From: an uncultured Holophagae bacterium
GTDB taxonomy: Bacteria; Acidobacteriota; Thermoanaerobaculia; Thermoanaerobaculales; Sulfomarinibacteraceae
Length of the DNA: 64,000 nt
Reading direction: 5' to 3'
Assembly: GCA_963714385.1 (NCBI GenBank)
Contig: CAVQOJ010000003.1
Location: 263,720 to 327,719 of the forward strand
Made by a program: the position numbers and the translations under genes. Below the pieces are notes generated by a model. The model had not been told where the DNA came from, searched no databases, and saw nothing but the letters and a program-made list of their open reading frames with translations. Position 1 is the stretch's first letter; each line of letters opens with the position of its first letter. Below, in pieces: positions 30,254 through 38,961 of the stretch.

Positions 30254-30256
30254 AAA

Positions 30257-31102
30257 CTAGCCTGCGAAGGCTGCCGAGAGCGCGCGTGCTGTGTCCGCCT
30301 CGGGCGCCGAAGGGGCGAGGGCGAGGAACCGCGAAAAGTCGTCTAGCATCAGGTCCTTCCGATCGAGCTTTGACCACGCGAGACCGCGGTAGAAGAACGC
30401 TGGTGCGAAGCGGTCGTCGAGGGTGATGACCGCCGTGAAGGCATCCACGGCCTTGGTCCACTGCTTTTCGAGCACATACGTCAGCCCGGTCTGGTAGCCG
30501 GTCATTCTCTTGTCAAAGCCCTCCTGCGCCGCGGCGGCGAGCGCGGTGCGTGCGGGTCCCGGCTGCTCGTGCCTGACCAACGCCGCACCGAGGTAGAACT
30601 GAGCGTGGGCGTTTTTCGGTTGGGCGGTCACCAGCGCCTTGGCTCGGTCGCGCGCCTTGGTCCAGGCGGCTCGAGCGGGGTCGGGTTTCTTCTGTGCCTG
30701 AAGCACCTCGCCCTTGAAATACTCGGCCGTCGGATCGGAGGGATCGGCGGTGGATGCCGCCTGGAGCAGGTCGACGGCGTCTTGGAGCTTGCCCTCGTTG
30801 TAGCGCAGCAGGCCGGTGGCGGTCTTGAACTCCGGCGTCGCTCCGTACTGCTGCCTCGCGCCGTCGAGGATGTTCTTGCCGGCGTTGGTCTTCCAACCGA
30901 CCAGCTCTGCGATCGCCCGGTCTGCAACTTTGCGGGCTCCGCCACCATTGGTCGAAACCTGGGTCGGCTGCTGCGCCGGTACCGCGCGGCCGCCGCGGCG
31001 CGGCGCCGGGACCGGCGTCGCTTCCTGGGCGACGGTCCAGCCCGCTACGAGTAACGCCACACCGCCGAGTAGAAACCGAGAACCGATACGTGCCATGCCC
31101 AC
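30257..31102 (-). CDS. secreted TPR-repeat protein
   Basis: 281 aa. N-terminal signal sequence (FLLGGVALLVAGWTVAQEA) and several TPR-like Ala/Tyr/Phe-spaced helical repeats. Confidence 0.65.
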   Translation of the reverse strand: MGMARIGSRFLLGGVALLVAGWTVAQEATPVPAPRRGGRAVPAQQPTQVSTNGGGARKVADRAIAELVGWKTNAGKNILDGARQQYGATPEFKTATGLLRYNEGKLQDAVDLLQAASTADPSDPTAEYFKGEVLQAQKKPDPARAAWTKARDRAKALVTAQPKNAHAQFYLGAALVRHEQPGPARTALAAAAQEGFDKRMTGYQTGLTYVLEKQWTKAVDAFTAVITLDDRFAPAFFYRGLAWSKLDRKDLMLDDFSRFLALAPSAPEADTARALSAAFAG

Positions 31103-31258
31103 CTCCTGGACGTCTTCACCCTCTGATCCGCCACGGACCGCCGGTGGGGAAGGAAACGCCGGTCATGTTCGTGACCAAAGCACAGTCTTCCCCGAGGGCT
31201 CTACCGTGGCAATTGGTATACGGAACAGGTAGGCTCCTCGTTTAATGGTCTTCTATTC

Positions 31259-32584
31259 GTGCTGACTGCAGACCGCCGTGGGCGGATCCTGAGCCTCGCC
31301 CTGCCGATCATCGGGGGCATGGCGTCTCAGAACGTGCTCAACCTGGTGGATACAGCCATGGTGGGACTTCTGGGCGCCGCGCCGCTGGCTGCGGTGGGCA
31401 TGGCGAGCTTCGCCAACTTCATGGCCGCAGCCTTCATCATGGGTCTGTCGGCCGGGGTTCAGGCGATGGCGGCGCGACGCCTCGGCGAGGACCGTCACTC
31501 AGAGACCGCGGTGCCCTTGAATGGGGGCCTCCTGCTGGCGCTGGTGGTGGCCGTTCCGTGGTCGATGCTGTTGATCGCAGAAAGTGCAAGTTTCTTCCCG
31601 TTCCTGGTGGCCGACCCGGAAGTGGTGGCGCACGGCGTTCCCTATCTCCAGGCCAGACTGGTCGCGATGGTGGCGCTGGCGATGAACTTCTCCTTCCGGG
31701 GCTATTGGAACGGTGTCGGACTGTCCAAGGTTTACATGCGCACCCTGATCGTGATGCACGCCACCAACATCGTGTTGAACTGGGTGCTGATCTTCGGTCA
31801 CCTGGGCTTCCCCGCGCTTGGCGCCACCGGTGCTGGGGTCGCGTCGGCCATCTCTACCTTCGTCGGCACCGGGTTGTACCTGTACCAGGGCTCGCGGATC
31901 GCGCGGGACAACGGTTTTCTGCGCGGCCTGCCCGACCGTTCGACCATCTTCACCATGCTCAGGCTGTCGGTCCCGGCCGGGATCCAGCAGTTCTTTTTCG
32001 CGGCCGGGATGACGGCACTGTTCTGGATTCTCGGTCGCATCGGGACGGCGGAGCTCGCCGCATCCAACGTGCTGGTTCAGCTGCTCCTGGTGGCCATCCT
32101 CCCGGGCATCGGATTCGGCATGGCGTCGGCCTCCCTGGTCGGGCAGGCGCTGGGCAGAGGCGACCCCGAGGGCGCCCGGGCCTGGGCTTGGGATGTGGTG
32201 CGGCTGGGCGTCGCCACGGTCGGGGCCATTTCCCTGCTCGGCCTCGTGTTTCCCGATTTCCTGCTCGGCTTCTTTCTTCACGACCCGGTGACCTTGGCTT
32301 TGGCCCGCACCCCGCTTCGCATCCTCGCCGTTGCGATGTGGGTGGACACCATCGGCCTCGTACTGCTCAACTCGTTGCTCGGAGCCGGCGACTCGAGGCG
32401 GGTGATGATGGTGACGGTGTCCCTGCAGTGGCTGATTTTTCTGCCGACTGCCTGGGTGCTCGGTGCACAGCTGGGGGTCGGGATGACCGCGGTGTGGGTC
32501 GCCCACGCGGTCTACCGGGGGCTGCAGAGCCTGGTCTTCATCTCCATGTGGCAGGGTCGCAGGTGGACCGAGATATCTCTGTGA
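31259..32584 (+). CDS. MATE-family efflux transporter
   Basis: 441 aa, ~12 hydrophobic segments. N-terminal [27 protein letters not shown] is the typical MATE signature. Confidence 0.85.
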   Translation: MLTADRRGRILSLALPIIGGMASQNVLNLVDTAMVGLLGAAPLAAVGMASFANFMAAAFIMGLSAGVQAMAARRLGEDRHSETAVPLNGGLLLALVVAVPWSMLLIAESASFFPFLVADPEVVAHGVPYLQARLVAMVALAMNFSFRGYWNGVGLSKVYMRTLIVMHATNIVLNWVLIFGHLGFPALGATGAGVASAISTFVGTGLYLYQGSRIARDNGFLRGLPDRSTIFTMLRLSVPAGIQQFFFAAGMTALFWILGRIGTAELAASNVLVQLLLVAILPGIGFGMASASLVGQALGRGDPEGARAWAWDVVRLGVATVGAISLLGLVFPDFLLGFFLHDPVTLALARTPLRILAVAMWVDTIGLVLLNSLLGAGDSRRVMMVTVSLQWLIFLPTAWVLGAQLGVGMTAVWVAHAVYRGLQSLVFISMWQGRRWTEISL

Positions 32585-32615
32585 AACGTGAAAAATGAAC
32601 GGTGAAAAGTGGGAC
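32581..32615. repeat. period-7 array GTGAAAC GTGAAAA ATGAACG GTGAAAA GTGGGAC
   Basis: Starts on the MATE stop codon (TGA 32582-84). Left arm of an inverted pair with 32644..32674. Confidence 0.85.
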
Positions 32616-32643
32616 CAGATTGGTGACGTTCCAAATGCCATGT

Positions 32644-32674
32644 CACATTTCACTTTTCACGTTTCACTTTCACG
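32644..32674. repeat. period-7 array CACATTT CACTTTT CACGTTT CACTTT CACG
   Basis: Reverse complement of the GTGAAAA array. The 28-nt spacer is CAGATTGGTGACGTTCCAAATGCCATGT. Confidence 0.85.
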
Positions 32675-32814
32675 TCGCGATTGCCGCAGCGTGGCTTTCG
32701 CCGGCACGGCGACGGGTGGTACCCTGCCCGGCGCCGGTCAAACGGCTCACTCAATTGGGGTTCTGCGGTGTTCGCGGCCTGCGGGTGCGCGTCGATTCGA
32801 GAGGATGGAGCGAG

Positions 32815-33831
32815 ATGCGATTCGAAAACGTCAGCATATTGAGCGTCGAGCACGTGGATGCTCCGCACAGGCTCAGCTCGGAGGAGATTGAACGGCGGCT
32901 CGGCCCGGCGATCAGCCAGCTCGGAATCCGACCCGGGTTGCTGGTCGAGGTGTCCGGAATCGTCGAGCGGCGGCTGTGGGACCCCGGCGTCACGCCGAGC
33001 GTTCCGGCGACCTCGGCTGGAGAGCGGGCTATCCAGGCGGCAGGCCTGGACCGGTCGAAGGTGGGCGTCCTGGTCAACACCTCGGTGTCACGCGACTACC
33101 TGGAGCCTTCAACGGCCTGTGCGATCCACAATGGCCTCGGCCTGCCCGAGACCTGCATGAACTTCGACGTCTCCAACGCCTGCCTCGGCTTCATGAACGG
33201 CATGGATGTCGTGGGCAACATGATCGAACGGGGTCAGGTGGAGTACGGCATCGTCGTCGACGCCGAGAGCAGTCGGGAGTTGATCGAGGCGACGATCCCC
33301 CGCCTGCTCGACGGGTCGATGGATGCAACCGCCTTTCGCGAGAACTTCGCCAGCCTCACCCTCGGTTCGGGGGCGGTGGCGATGGTGCTGGCCCGTTCGG
33401 ACCTGGCGCCGGAGGGACATCGTTATCTGGGCGGCGTCACCCTGGCGGCCACCGAGAACTGCCAGCTGTGCTGCGGCAACATGGACCGGATGGTCACCGA
33501 CACCCAGGCGCTGACCGTCGCCGGCCTCGAGCTTGCGATGCGGACTTGGAGGCGCGCCGCCGAGGTGCTGGGATGGACCACGGACACCCACGACCACTAC
33601 GTCCAGCACCAGGTGAGCAAGGGCCACGCCGAAAAGGTCGCGGGCATCCTCGGGCTCGACTTCGACAAGGTCTACCGGCTGTACCCGACCTACGGCAACG
33701 TGGGCCCGGCCGGGGTCGCCATCGTGCTGTCCAAGCTCGGGAAGGAAGGTATCGCCGCAGCCGGAGATCGGATCGCCATGATGGGCATCGGCAGCGGGAT
33801 CAACTGCACGATGGCGGAGGTGATCTGGTAG
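32815..33831 (+). CDS. oleA: OleA, FabH-like thiolase for head-to-head fatty-acyl condensation
   Basis: Trimmed to ATG 32815 (MRFENVSILSVEHV). FabH/KAS-III-like with active-site NACLGF. First gene of a thiolase / alpha-beta hydrolase / AMP-ligase / short-chain reductase set in the canonical ole order. Confidence 0.8.
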   Translation: MRFENVSILSVEHVDAPHRLSSEEIERRLGPAISQLGIRPGLLVEVSGIVERRLWDPGVTPSVPATSAGERAIQAAGLDRSKVGVLVNTSVSRDYLEPSTACAIHNGLGLPETCMNFDVSNACLGFMNGMDVVGNMIERGQVEYGIVVDAESSRELIEATIPRLLDGSMDATAFRENFASLTLGSGAVAMVLARSDLAPEGHRYLGGVTLAATENCQLCCGNMDRMVTDTQALTVAGLELAMRTWRRAAEVLGWTTDTHDHYVQHQVSKGHAEKVAGILGLDFDKVYRLYPTYGNVGPAGVAIVLSKLGKEGIAAAGDRIAMMGIGSGINCTMAEVIW

Positions 33832-33836
33832 GGCGG

Positions 33837-33871
33837 AGTCAAAAGTTAAAGTCAAAAGTCTAAAGTCCGAG
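33837..33871. repeat. period-7 array AGTCAAA AGTTAAA GTCAAAA GTCTAAA GTCCGAG
   Basis: Starts 6 nt after the oleA stop. The leader GCGGAGTCAAAAGT is also found after the murB stop (63194..). Left arm of an inverted pair with 33910..33944. Confidence 0.85.
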
Positions 33872-33909
33872 GTCAGCGCACCGACTTTCCCCGACGATCA
33901 GGTTCAGAC

Positions 33910-33944
33910 GACTTTGGACTTTTGACGTCGAGACTTTAGACTGA
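33910..33944. repeat. period-7 array GACTTTG GACTTTT GACGTCG AGACTTT AGACTGA
   Basis: Reverse-complementary to 33837..33871 with a 38-nt spacer. Ends 19 nt before the oleB ATG. Confidence 0.85.
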
Positions 33945-33962
33945 CTCGACGGTTGAGATTTC

Positions 33963-34868
33963 ATGAAGAGCGTGCCGAAAGAGCTGTATCCGTTTGAACC
34001 GCACTACGTTGAGGTGCAGGGTGTGCGGATGCACTACGTGGACGAGGGCGTGGGCGATCCGGTGCTCTGCGTCCACGGCAATCCCACCTGGTCGTTCTAC
34101 TACCGTCGGCTGATCCTGAGCCTGAGGGACGGCCACCGCGTGGTGGCACCCGATCATGTCGGCTGCGGGCTCTCCGATCGACCAGGTGACGATCGCTATG
34201 CGTACACCCTCGCCCGCAGGATTGACGATCTCGAGGCGCTGGCGGATGACCTCGAGCTGACCGGGGTCAATCTGGTGGTCCACGACTGGGGAGGCGCGAT
34301 CGGGCTCGGCTGGGCGGTGCGACATCCCGAGAGAGTGCGGCGCCTGGTGATCCTCAACACGGCGGCGTTCCATCTGCCGGCCGGGAAGAAGCTGCCGTGG
34401 CAGCTGAGGCTGGTTCGCGACACGGCGGCCGGCGCGTTCGTGGTGCGCGGCCTGAACGCATTCGCACGGGGAGCCACCCACGTTGCCTGCACCCGGCGGC
34501 GGTTGACCAAGGCAGAACGCGACGCCTACTGCGCTCCCTACGACAGCTGGACGAACCGGATCGCCACCCTCCGCTTCGTCCAGGATATTCCGCTCGGCCC
34601 GGGGGACCCCGCCTACCCGGTCATCACCCAAATCCAGGAGTCGCTGGGGGAGCTCGCCGACCGGCCGATCCTGGTGTGTTGGGGCCTGCGTGACTTCGTC
34701 TTCGACCGCCATTTCCTGGCCGAGTGGCGCCGGATCTACCCCGGTGCCCAGGTGCACGAGTTCCCCGACAGCGGGCATTACGTGCTCGAGGACTCCGGCG
34801 ACGAGATCGTCGGGCTGGTAGGTGCCTTCCTGTCCGCCGACCGGGTGTTAGACTCGACCGCACGGTGA
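33963..34868 (+). CDS. oleB: OleB, alpha/beta hydrolase (haloalkane-dehalogenase-like beta-lactone decarboxylase)
   Basis: 301 aa. HGNPTWSFYYR and VVHDWGGAIG motifs of the haloalkane-dehalogenase-like subfamily. Its stop overlaps the oleC start (GTGA). Confidence 0.8.
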   Translation: MKSVPKELYPFEPHYVEVQGVRMHYVDEGVGDPVLCVHGNPTWSFYYRRLILSLRDGHRVVAPDHVGCGLSDRPGDDRYAYTLARRIDDLEALADDLELTGVNLVVHDWGGAIGLGWAVRHPERVRRLVILNTAAFHLPAGKKLPWQLRLVRDTAAGAFVVRGLNAFARGATHVACTRRRLTKAERDAYCAPYDSWTNRIATLRFVQDIPLGPGDPAYPVITQIQESLGELADRPILVCWGLRDFVFDRHFLAEWRRIYPGAQVHEFPDSGHYVLEDSGDEIVGLVGAFLSADRVLDSTAR

Positions 34869-36523
34869 GCGGCCCGGTCAATATCGCGTCGTACCTGCCG
34901 CGGAGAGCCTCCGAGCGGCCCCACGCCATGGCGGTGGCGTGTCCCGTCGGGCGCGACGCTGGCGGTCGAACCAGCTACGCCCACCTGACCTACCGCCAGC
35001 TCGACACCCGGTCCGACCATATCGCCAACGGCCTGGCGTTGAGTGGTATCGGCCCCGGTGTGCGGACGGTGCTCATGGTCCGACCCGGGCTCGACCTGTT
35101 TTCTCTGGTCTTCGCCATGCTCAAGGTGGGGGCGGTTCCGATCCTGATCGACCCGGGCATCGGACGCCGCCACCTCAAGCGGTGTATCGCCGACGCTCGA
35201 CCCGAGGCGTTCATCGGGGTTCCCGAAGCCCAGCTGGCCAGCCTCGCGTTCGGGTGGGGACGAGGCACCGTGCGCCGCCGCGTGACGGCCGGTCGAAAGG
35301 TTCCCGGCGGCGGAATCACCCTGGCGAAGATCGAGAGAGACGGCGCCGCGGTTCGCCGCCGGGAGCCGGTGGACGCCGGCGCCGACGAGATGGCCGCGAT
35401 CGTGTTCACGTCCGGATCCACCGGACCGCCGAAGGGCGTGGTCTACCGGCATCGCAACTTCACCGCCCAGGTGGAGGCGATCCGAGAGATGTTCGACCTG
35501 AAGCCGGGGGAGGTCGATCTCCCGACCTTCCCGCTGTTTGCCCTGTTCGACCCGGCGCTGGGCATGACCACCATCATTCCCCGGATGGATCCCACCCGGC
35601 CGGCGATGGTGGATCCGCGGAGGATCATCGAACCGATCGACGACTTCGGGGTGACCATGATGTTCGGCTCGCCGGCGCTGCTGGACACGGTGGGAAGGTA
35701 CGGCGAGCGGCACGGGGTCCGCCTGCCGTCGCTGAAACGGGTGCTCTCCGCCGGCGCACCGGTCCCGCCTCGGGTGATCGCCCGGTTTGCCGGGATGCTC
35801 CCCGAAGATGCCCGGATCCTCACACCCTACGGGGCCTCGGAGGCCCTGCCGGTGGCCGTGATTTCATCGGACGAGATCCTTGGGGAGACGGGATCCGGCA
35901 CCGACCGGGGGGCCGGCGTGTGCGTCGGACGAGCCGTGCCGGGCATCGAGCTCGAGCTGATCCGAGTGACGGACGAGCCTATCCAGGCCTGGGATCCGGG
36001 GCTCGCGGTGGCCCCGGGCGAGATCGGCGAGATTGTCGTCAAAGGAGAACAGGTCACCACGGCCTATTTCAACTCTCCCCACCACGACCGGCTGTCGAAG
36101 ATGCGGGACACCGACGGCAGCGTCCGCCACCGCATGGGGGACCTCGGGTACCGGGACGATCGGGGGCGGTTGTGGTTCGTGGGCCGCAAGTCTCAGCGAG
36201 TGGTGACCGCGAGCGGCACCCTCTACACCGATCAGTGCGAGGGGGTGTTCAACACCCACCCGGCGGTGTACCGGAGCGCGCTGGTGGGGGTCGGTGACGG
36301 TGGCGACGTCGAGCCGGTGATCTGCGTGGAGCTCGAAAAGACCTCTTCGATCAGCAGGCGGCAGCTGATCCTGGAGCTCGAGGAGCTCGGCGGGCGATTC
36401 GAGCACACCAGGTCGATCCACCGATTCCTGTGCCATCCGGGCTTTCCGGTGGACATTCGCCACAACGCCAAGATCGGGCGGGGGCAGCTGGCCCGGTGGG
36501 CGGCGAAAAAGCTGAATCGTTGA
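34865..36523 (+). CDS. oleC: OleC, AMP-dependent synthetase (beta-lactone synthetase)
   Basis: Start set at GTG 34865, overlapping the oleB stop. Adenylate-forming motifs IVFTSGSTGPPKG, YGASE and GDLGYRDDRGRLWFVGRK. Confidence 0.8.
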   Translation: MSGPVNIASYLPRRASERPHAMAVACPVGRDAGGRTSYAHLTYRQLDTRSDHIANGLALSGIGPGVRTVLMVRPGLDLFSLVFAMLKVGAVPILIDPGIGRRHLKRCIADARPEAFIGVPEAQLASLAFGWGRGTVRRRVTAGRKVPGGGITLAKIERDGAAVRRREPVDAGADEMAAIVFTSGSTGPPKGVVYRHRNFTAQVEAIREMFDLKPGEVDLPTFPLFALFDPALGMTTIIPRMDPTRPAMVDPRRIIEPIDDFGVTMMFGSPALLDTVGRYGERHGVRLPSLKRVLSAGAPVPPRVIARFAGMLPEDARILTPYGASEALPVAVISSDEILGETGSGTDRGAGVCVGRAVPGIELELIRVTDEPIQAWDPGLAVAPGEIGEIVVKGEQVTTAYFNSPHHDRLSKMRDTDGSVRHRMGDLGYRDDRGRLWFVGRKSQRVVTASGTLYTDQCEGVFNTHPAVYRSALVGVGDGGDVEPVICVELEKTSSISRRQLILELEELGGRFEHTRSIHRFLCHPGFPVDIRHNAKIGRGQLARWAAKKLNR

Positions 36524-37548
36524 TGTTGACCTCAACGCGAGCAGTGAAGGCCCTGGTCACCGGAGGCGGGGGGTTCCTCGGCGGGGCGATCGTCCGCCGG
36601 CTGGTCGAGCGCGGGTGGATGGTGAGGACGTTGCAGCGCGGCCAGTATCCGGCTCTCGACGACCTCGGGGTGGAGCAGATCCGGGGTGACATCGCCGATC
36701 AGGCGGCGGTCGATCGGGCGGTGGCCGGGTGCGACCTGGTGTTTCACGTCGCGGCCAAGGTCAAGATGTGGGGACGATACGACGACTTCCAACGCATCAA
36801 CGTCGACGGCACGGGCAACGTCCTCGCCGCCATGGACCGCCACGGCGTGAGCCGGCTCGTCTACACCAGCACGCCGAGCGTGGTTCACGGCGGGCAGTCG
36901 ATCGAGGGCGCCGACGAGACGGCGCCGTACCCGACCACCTTTGATTCTCCCTACCCGGAGTCGAAGGCCGCCGCCGAACGGGCGGTGCTGGCGGCCAACG
37001 GGCCCCGGCTGGCCACGGTCGCGCTGAGGCCGCACCTGATCTGGGGGCCGGGAGACACCAACCTGGTGCCCCAAGTCGTCGCCCGCGCCAGGGCGGGTCG
37101 CCTGCGATTCGTCGGCGGCGGCGACAACCTCGTGGATACGGTCTACATCGACAACGCGGTCGATGCCCACCTGCTGGCCGCCGACCGGCTGAAGCCGGGC
37201 GCGCCGTGCGCCGGCCGGCCGTACTTCATCACCAACGGGGAGCCGAGGCCTTTGAAAGAGGTGATCAACGGGATTTTGGCGGCGGCGGGCCTGCCGCCGG
37301 AAAACCGGTCGCTGCCGCTGGCCGTGGCGCTGGCCGCCGGCAGCCTGTTGGAGGCGGTGCACCGCGTGCTGCCGGGCGACCACGATCCGGTCATGACCCG
37401 GTTCATCGCCCGCAATCTCGCCACCGCCCACTGGTACGACATCTCGGCCGCTCGCCGCGACCTCGGCTACGAGCCTCGAGTCAGCATGGATGAAGGACTC
37501 AGGCGACTCGGAGACTGGTTCCGAACCCGACGGACGAGCGATATTTAG
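36523..37548 (+). CDS. oleD: OleD, NAD(P)H-dependent reductase (3-beta-hydroxysteroid dehydrogenase/epimerase family)
   Basis: ATG 36523 overlaps the oleC stop (ATGA). Rossmann motif VTGGGGFLGG and catalytic YPESK. Confidence 0.8.
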   Translation: MLTSTRAVKALVTGGGGFLGGAIVRRLVERGWMVRTLQRGQYPALDDLGVEQIRGDIADQAAVDRAVAGCDLVFHVAAKVKMWGRYDDFQRINVDGTGNVLAAMDRHGVSRLVYTSTPSVVHGGQSIEGADETAPYPTTFDSPYPESKAAAERAVLAANGPRLATVALRPHLIWGPGDTNLVPQVVARARAGRLRFVGGGDNLVDTVYIDNAVDAHLLAADRLKPGAPCAGRPYFITNGEPRPLKEVINGILAAAGLPPENRSLPLAVALAAGSLLEAVHRVLPGDHDPVMTRFIARNLATAHWYDISAARRDLGYEPRVSMDEGLRRLGDWFRTRRTSDI

Positions 37549-37564
37549 AATTCTGCCGGTTTTT

Positions 37565-37645
37565 CCCAATTTCGTGCCTCTGATTCGACTGCAAATCGCT
37601 GCGGATTCGCCGCGGTGGTCCGCGAATCAGAGGCACGAAATTGGG
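37565..37645. repeat. perfect 23-bp inverted repeat (possible terminator or REP-like hairpin) after oleD
   Basis: CCCAATTTCGTGCCTCTGATTCG (37565-87) and CGAATCAGAGGCACGAAATTGGG (37623-45), with a 35-nt loop. Begins 17 nt after the oleD stop. No T-run follows. Confidence 0.7.
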
Positions 37646-37688
37646 CTGTTAGCAGAGTTATTCGTTTGGCGCCGGCCGTTTTTGTGAC

Positions 37689-37723
37689 GGTTTTCCGAAT
37701 TCCAGATTCCGAATTCCGAATTT
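37689..37723. repeat. period-7 array GGTTTTC CGAATTC CAGATTC CGAATTC CGAATTT
   Basis: Five units in register, ~120 nt upstream of mdh. Same family as 13720..13754 and 54153..54193. Confidence 0.9.
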
Positions 37724-37841
37724 GCCGCCGAGGTGGTATGCTCCGTGCCGTGTCAAAGCTCGTGCATTTTTTCACACGCACTGGCCGGCCGGGAGCCTCG
37801 ACACCCCGAGCACGGCACAGCAGCAGGGAAAGGAGTGAGTG

Positions 37842-38852
37842 ATGCTCAAGAAAATCGGTGTCATCGGAGGCGGGTACATCGGCGGCGTCCTGACCCAGGA
37901 GATCGCCCAACGGCGCCTTGCCCGCGAGGTCGGGCTGTCCGACCCGGCGCCCTTCGTCAACCCGGACGACCCGCCGGAGCGGCAGGAGGTCGTGGCCAAG
38001 CAGTCGGTGTCCAAGGGCAAGTGCCTCGACATCGCGGAAGGGCTGCCCACGATCCGCAGCGACATCCGCTGCGTCGGTTCCAAGGACTACTCGGCCCTTG
38101 CCGGTGCGGAGCTCATCATCAACACGGCGGGGGTCCCGCGGAAGGCTCGCCCGGACGGTACCTTCCCGAGCCGGGAGGAGCTGCTGACCATCAACCTGAA
38201 GGTGACCAAAGCGGTCGCCGAGGGCATCAAGCAGAACTGCCCGAACGCGACGATCATCTCGATCGCCAATCCGCTCGACGCTATCGTCTACACCCTGGAC
38301 AAGGCCCTGGCTCCAGCCAAGAACAAGCTCATGGGCATGGCCGGGCAGCTGGACTCCGGCAGGTACTGCTACTTCGTCGCCGAGGCCGCCAATGTCTCGG
38401 TGGAGAACGTGAACGCCATGGTGTTGGGCGGTCACGGCGACGACATGGTTCCCGTGCGGTCCTCCTGCCTGATCGCCGGCGTTCCGGTCAGCAAGTTCCT
38501 GGATGACGAAACCCTGGCCAAGATCGAGATGCGGACCCGCAAGGCGGGCGGCGAGGTGGTCGGTTTGCTGGGCTTCGGATCGGCCTTCGTGTCCCCGGCC
38601 TGGGCTGCCCTCGAGATGGCCGAGGCGATCATCTTCGACAAGCGCAAGATCATCCCGGTGTGCGCCAAGCTGGAGGGCGAGTACGGCGTCAACGGCCTGT
38701 TCGTCGGCGTGCCGGCCATCGTCGGCAAGAACGGCGTCGAGAAGATCATCGAGCTCGACCTGACCGATGAAGAGAAGGACGCCCTTGCCAAGTCGGTCGC
38801 CGGCGTGCGCAAGACCTGCGACGAGGCCGACCAGCTGCTGGCCTCCTTCTGA
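37842..38852 (+). CDS. mdh: malate dehydrogenase, LDH-like family, with two unusual insertions
   Basis: ATG 37842 lies 7 nt after AAAGGAG. KIGVIGGGYIGG Rossmann motif, GVPRK...SREELL loop, IANPLD, GGHGDDMVP, and a C-terminal half collinear with LDH-like MDHs. Confidence 0.85.
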   Translation: MLKKIGVIGGGYIGGVLTQEIAQRRLAREVGLSDPAPFVNPDDPPERQEVVAKQSVSKGKCLDIAEGLPTIRSDIRCVGSKDYSALAGAELIINTAGVPRKARPDGTFPSREELLTINLKVTKAVAEGIKQNCPNATIISIANPLDAIVYTLDKALAPAKNKLMGMAGQLDSGRYCYFVAEAANVSVENVNAMVLGGHGDDMVPVRSSCLIAGVPVSKFLDDETLAKIEMRTRKAGGEVVGLLGFGSAFVSPAWAALEMAEAIIFDKRKIIPVCAKLEGEYGVNGLFVGVPAIVGKNGVEKIIELDLTDEEKDALAKSVAGVRKTCDEADQLLASF

Positions 38853-38875
38853 CATCTCCAGATCGTGTTATCGAA

Positions 38876-38906
38876 AGCCCCCGGATCTCCGGGGGCTCTT
38901 GTTATT
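38876..38906 (+). terminator. rho-independent terminator after mdh
   Basis: AGCCCCCGG atct CCGGGGGCT (9-bp GC-rich stem, 4-nt loop) followed by CTTGTTATT. Lies 24 nt after the mdh stop. Confidence 0.75.
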
Positions 38907-38961
38907 GCCGCCTGCGATTTTTCGAAACGTGTATGCTATGCCGGTTTGTGGAGGTGAGTGA

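Noticed and set aside
31103-31258. Possible riboswitch (for example a guanidine or ykkC-type) in the 156-nt leader of the MATE transporter.
   Set aside because: I could not recognise any conserved riboswitch core or convincing stem architecture by eye. An Infernal/Rfam scan would be needed.
32581-33944. Inverted heptad pairs directly after stop codons considered as integron attC sites.
   Set aside because: Size (94-108 bp) and structure-over-sequence conservation are reminiscent of attC. However, there is no intI integrase or attI, the flanking genes are housekeeping genes on both strands, and I cannot recognise the R/L box layout (RYYYAAC / GTTRRRY).
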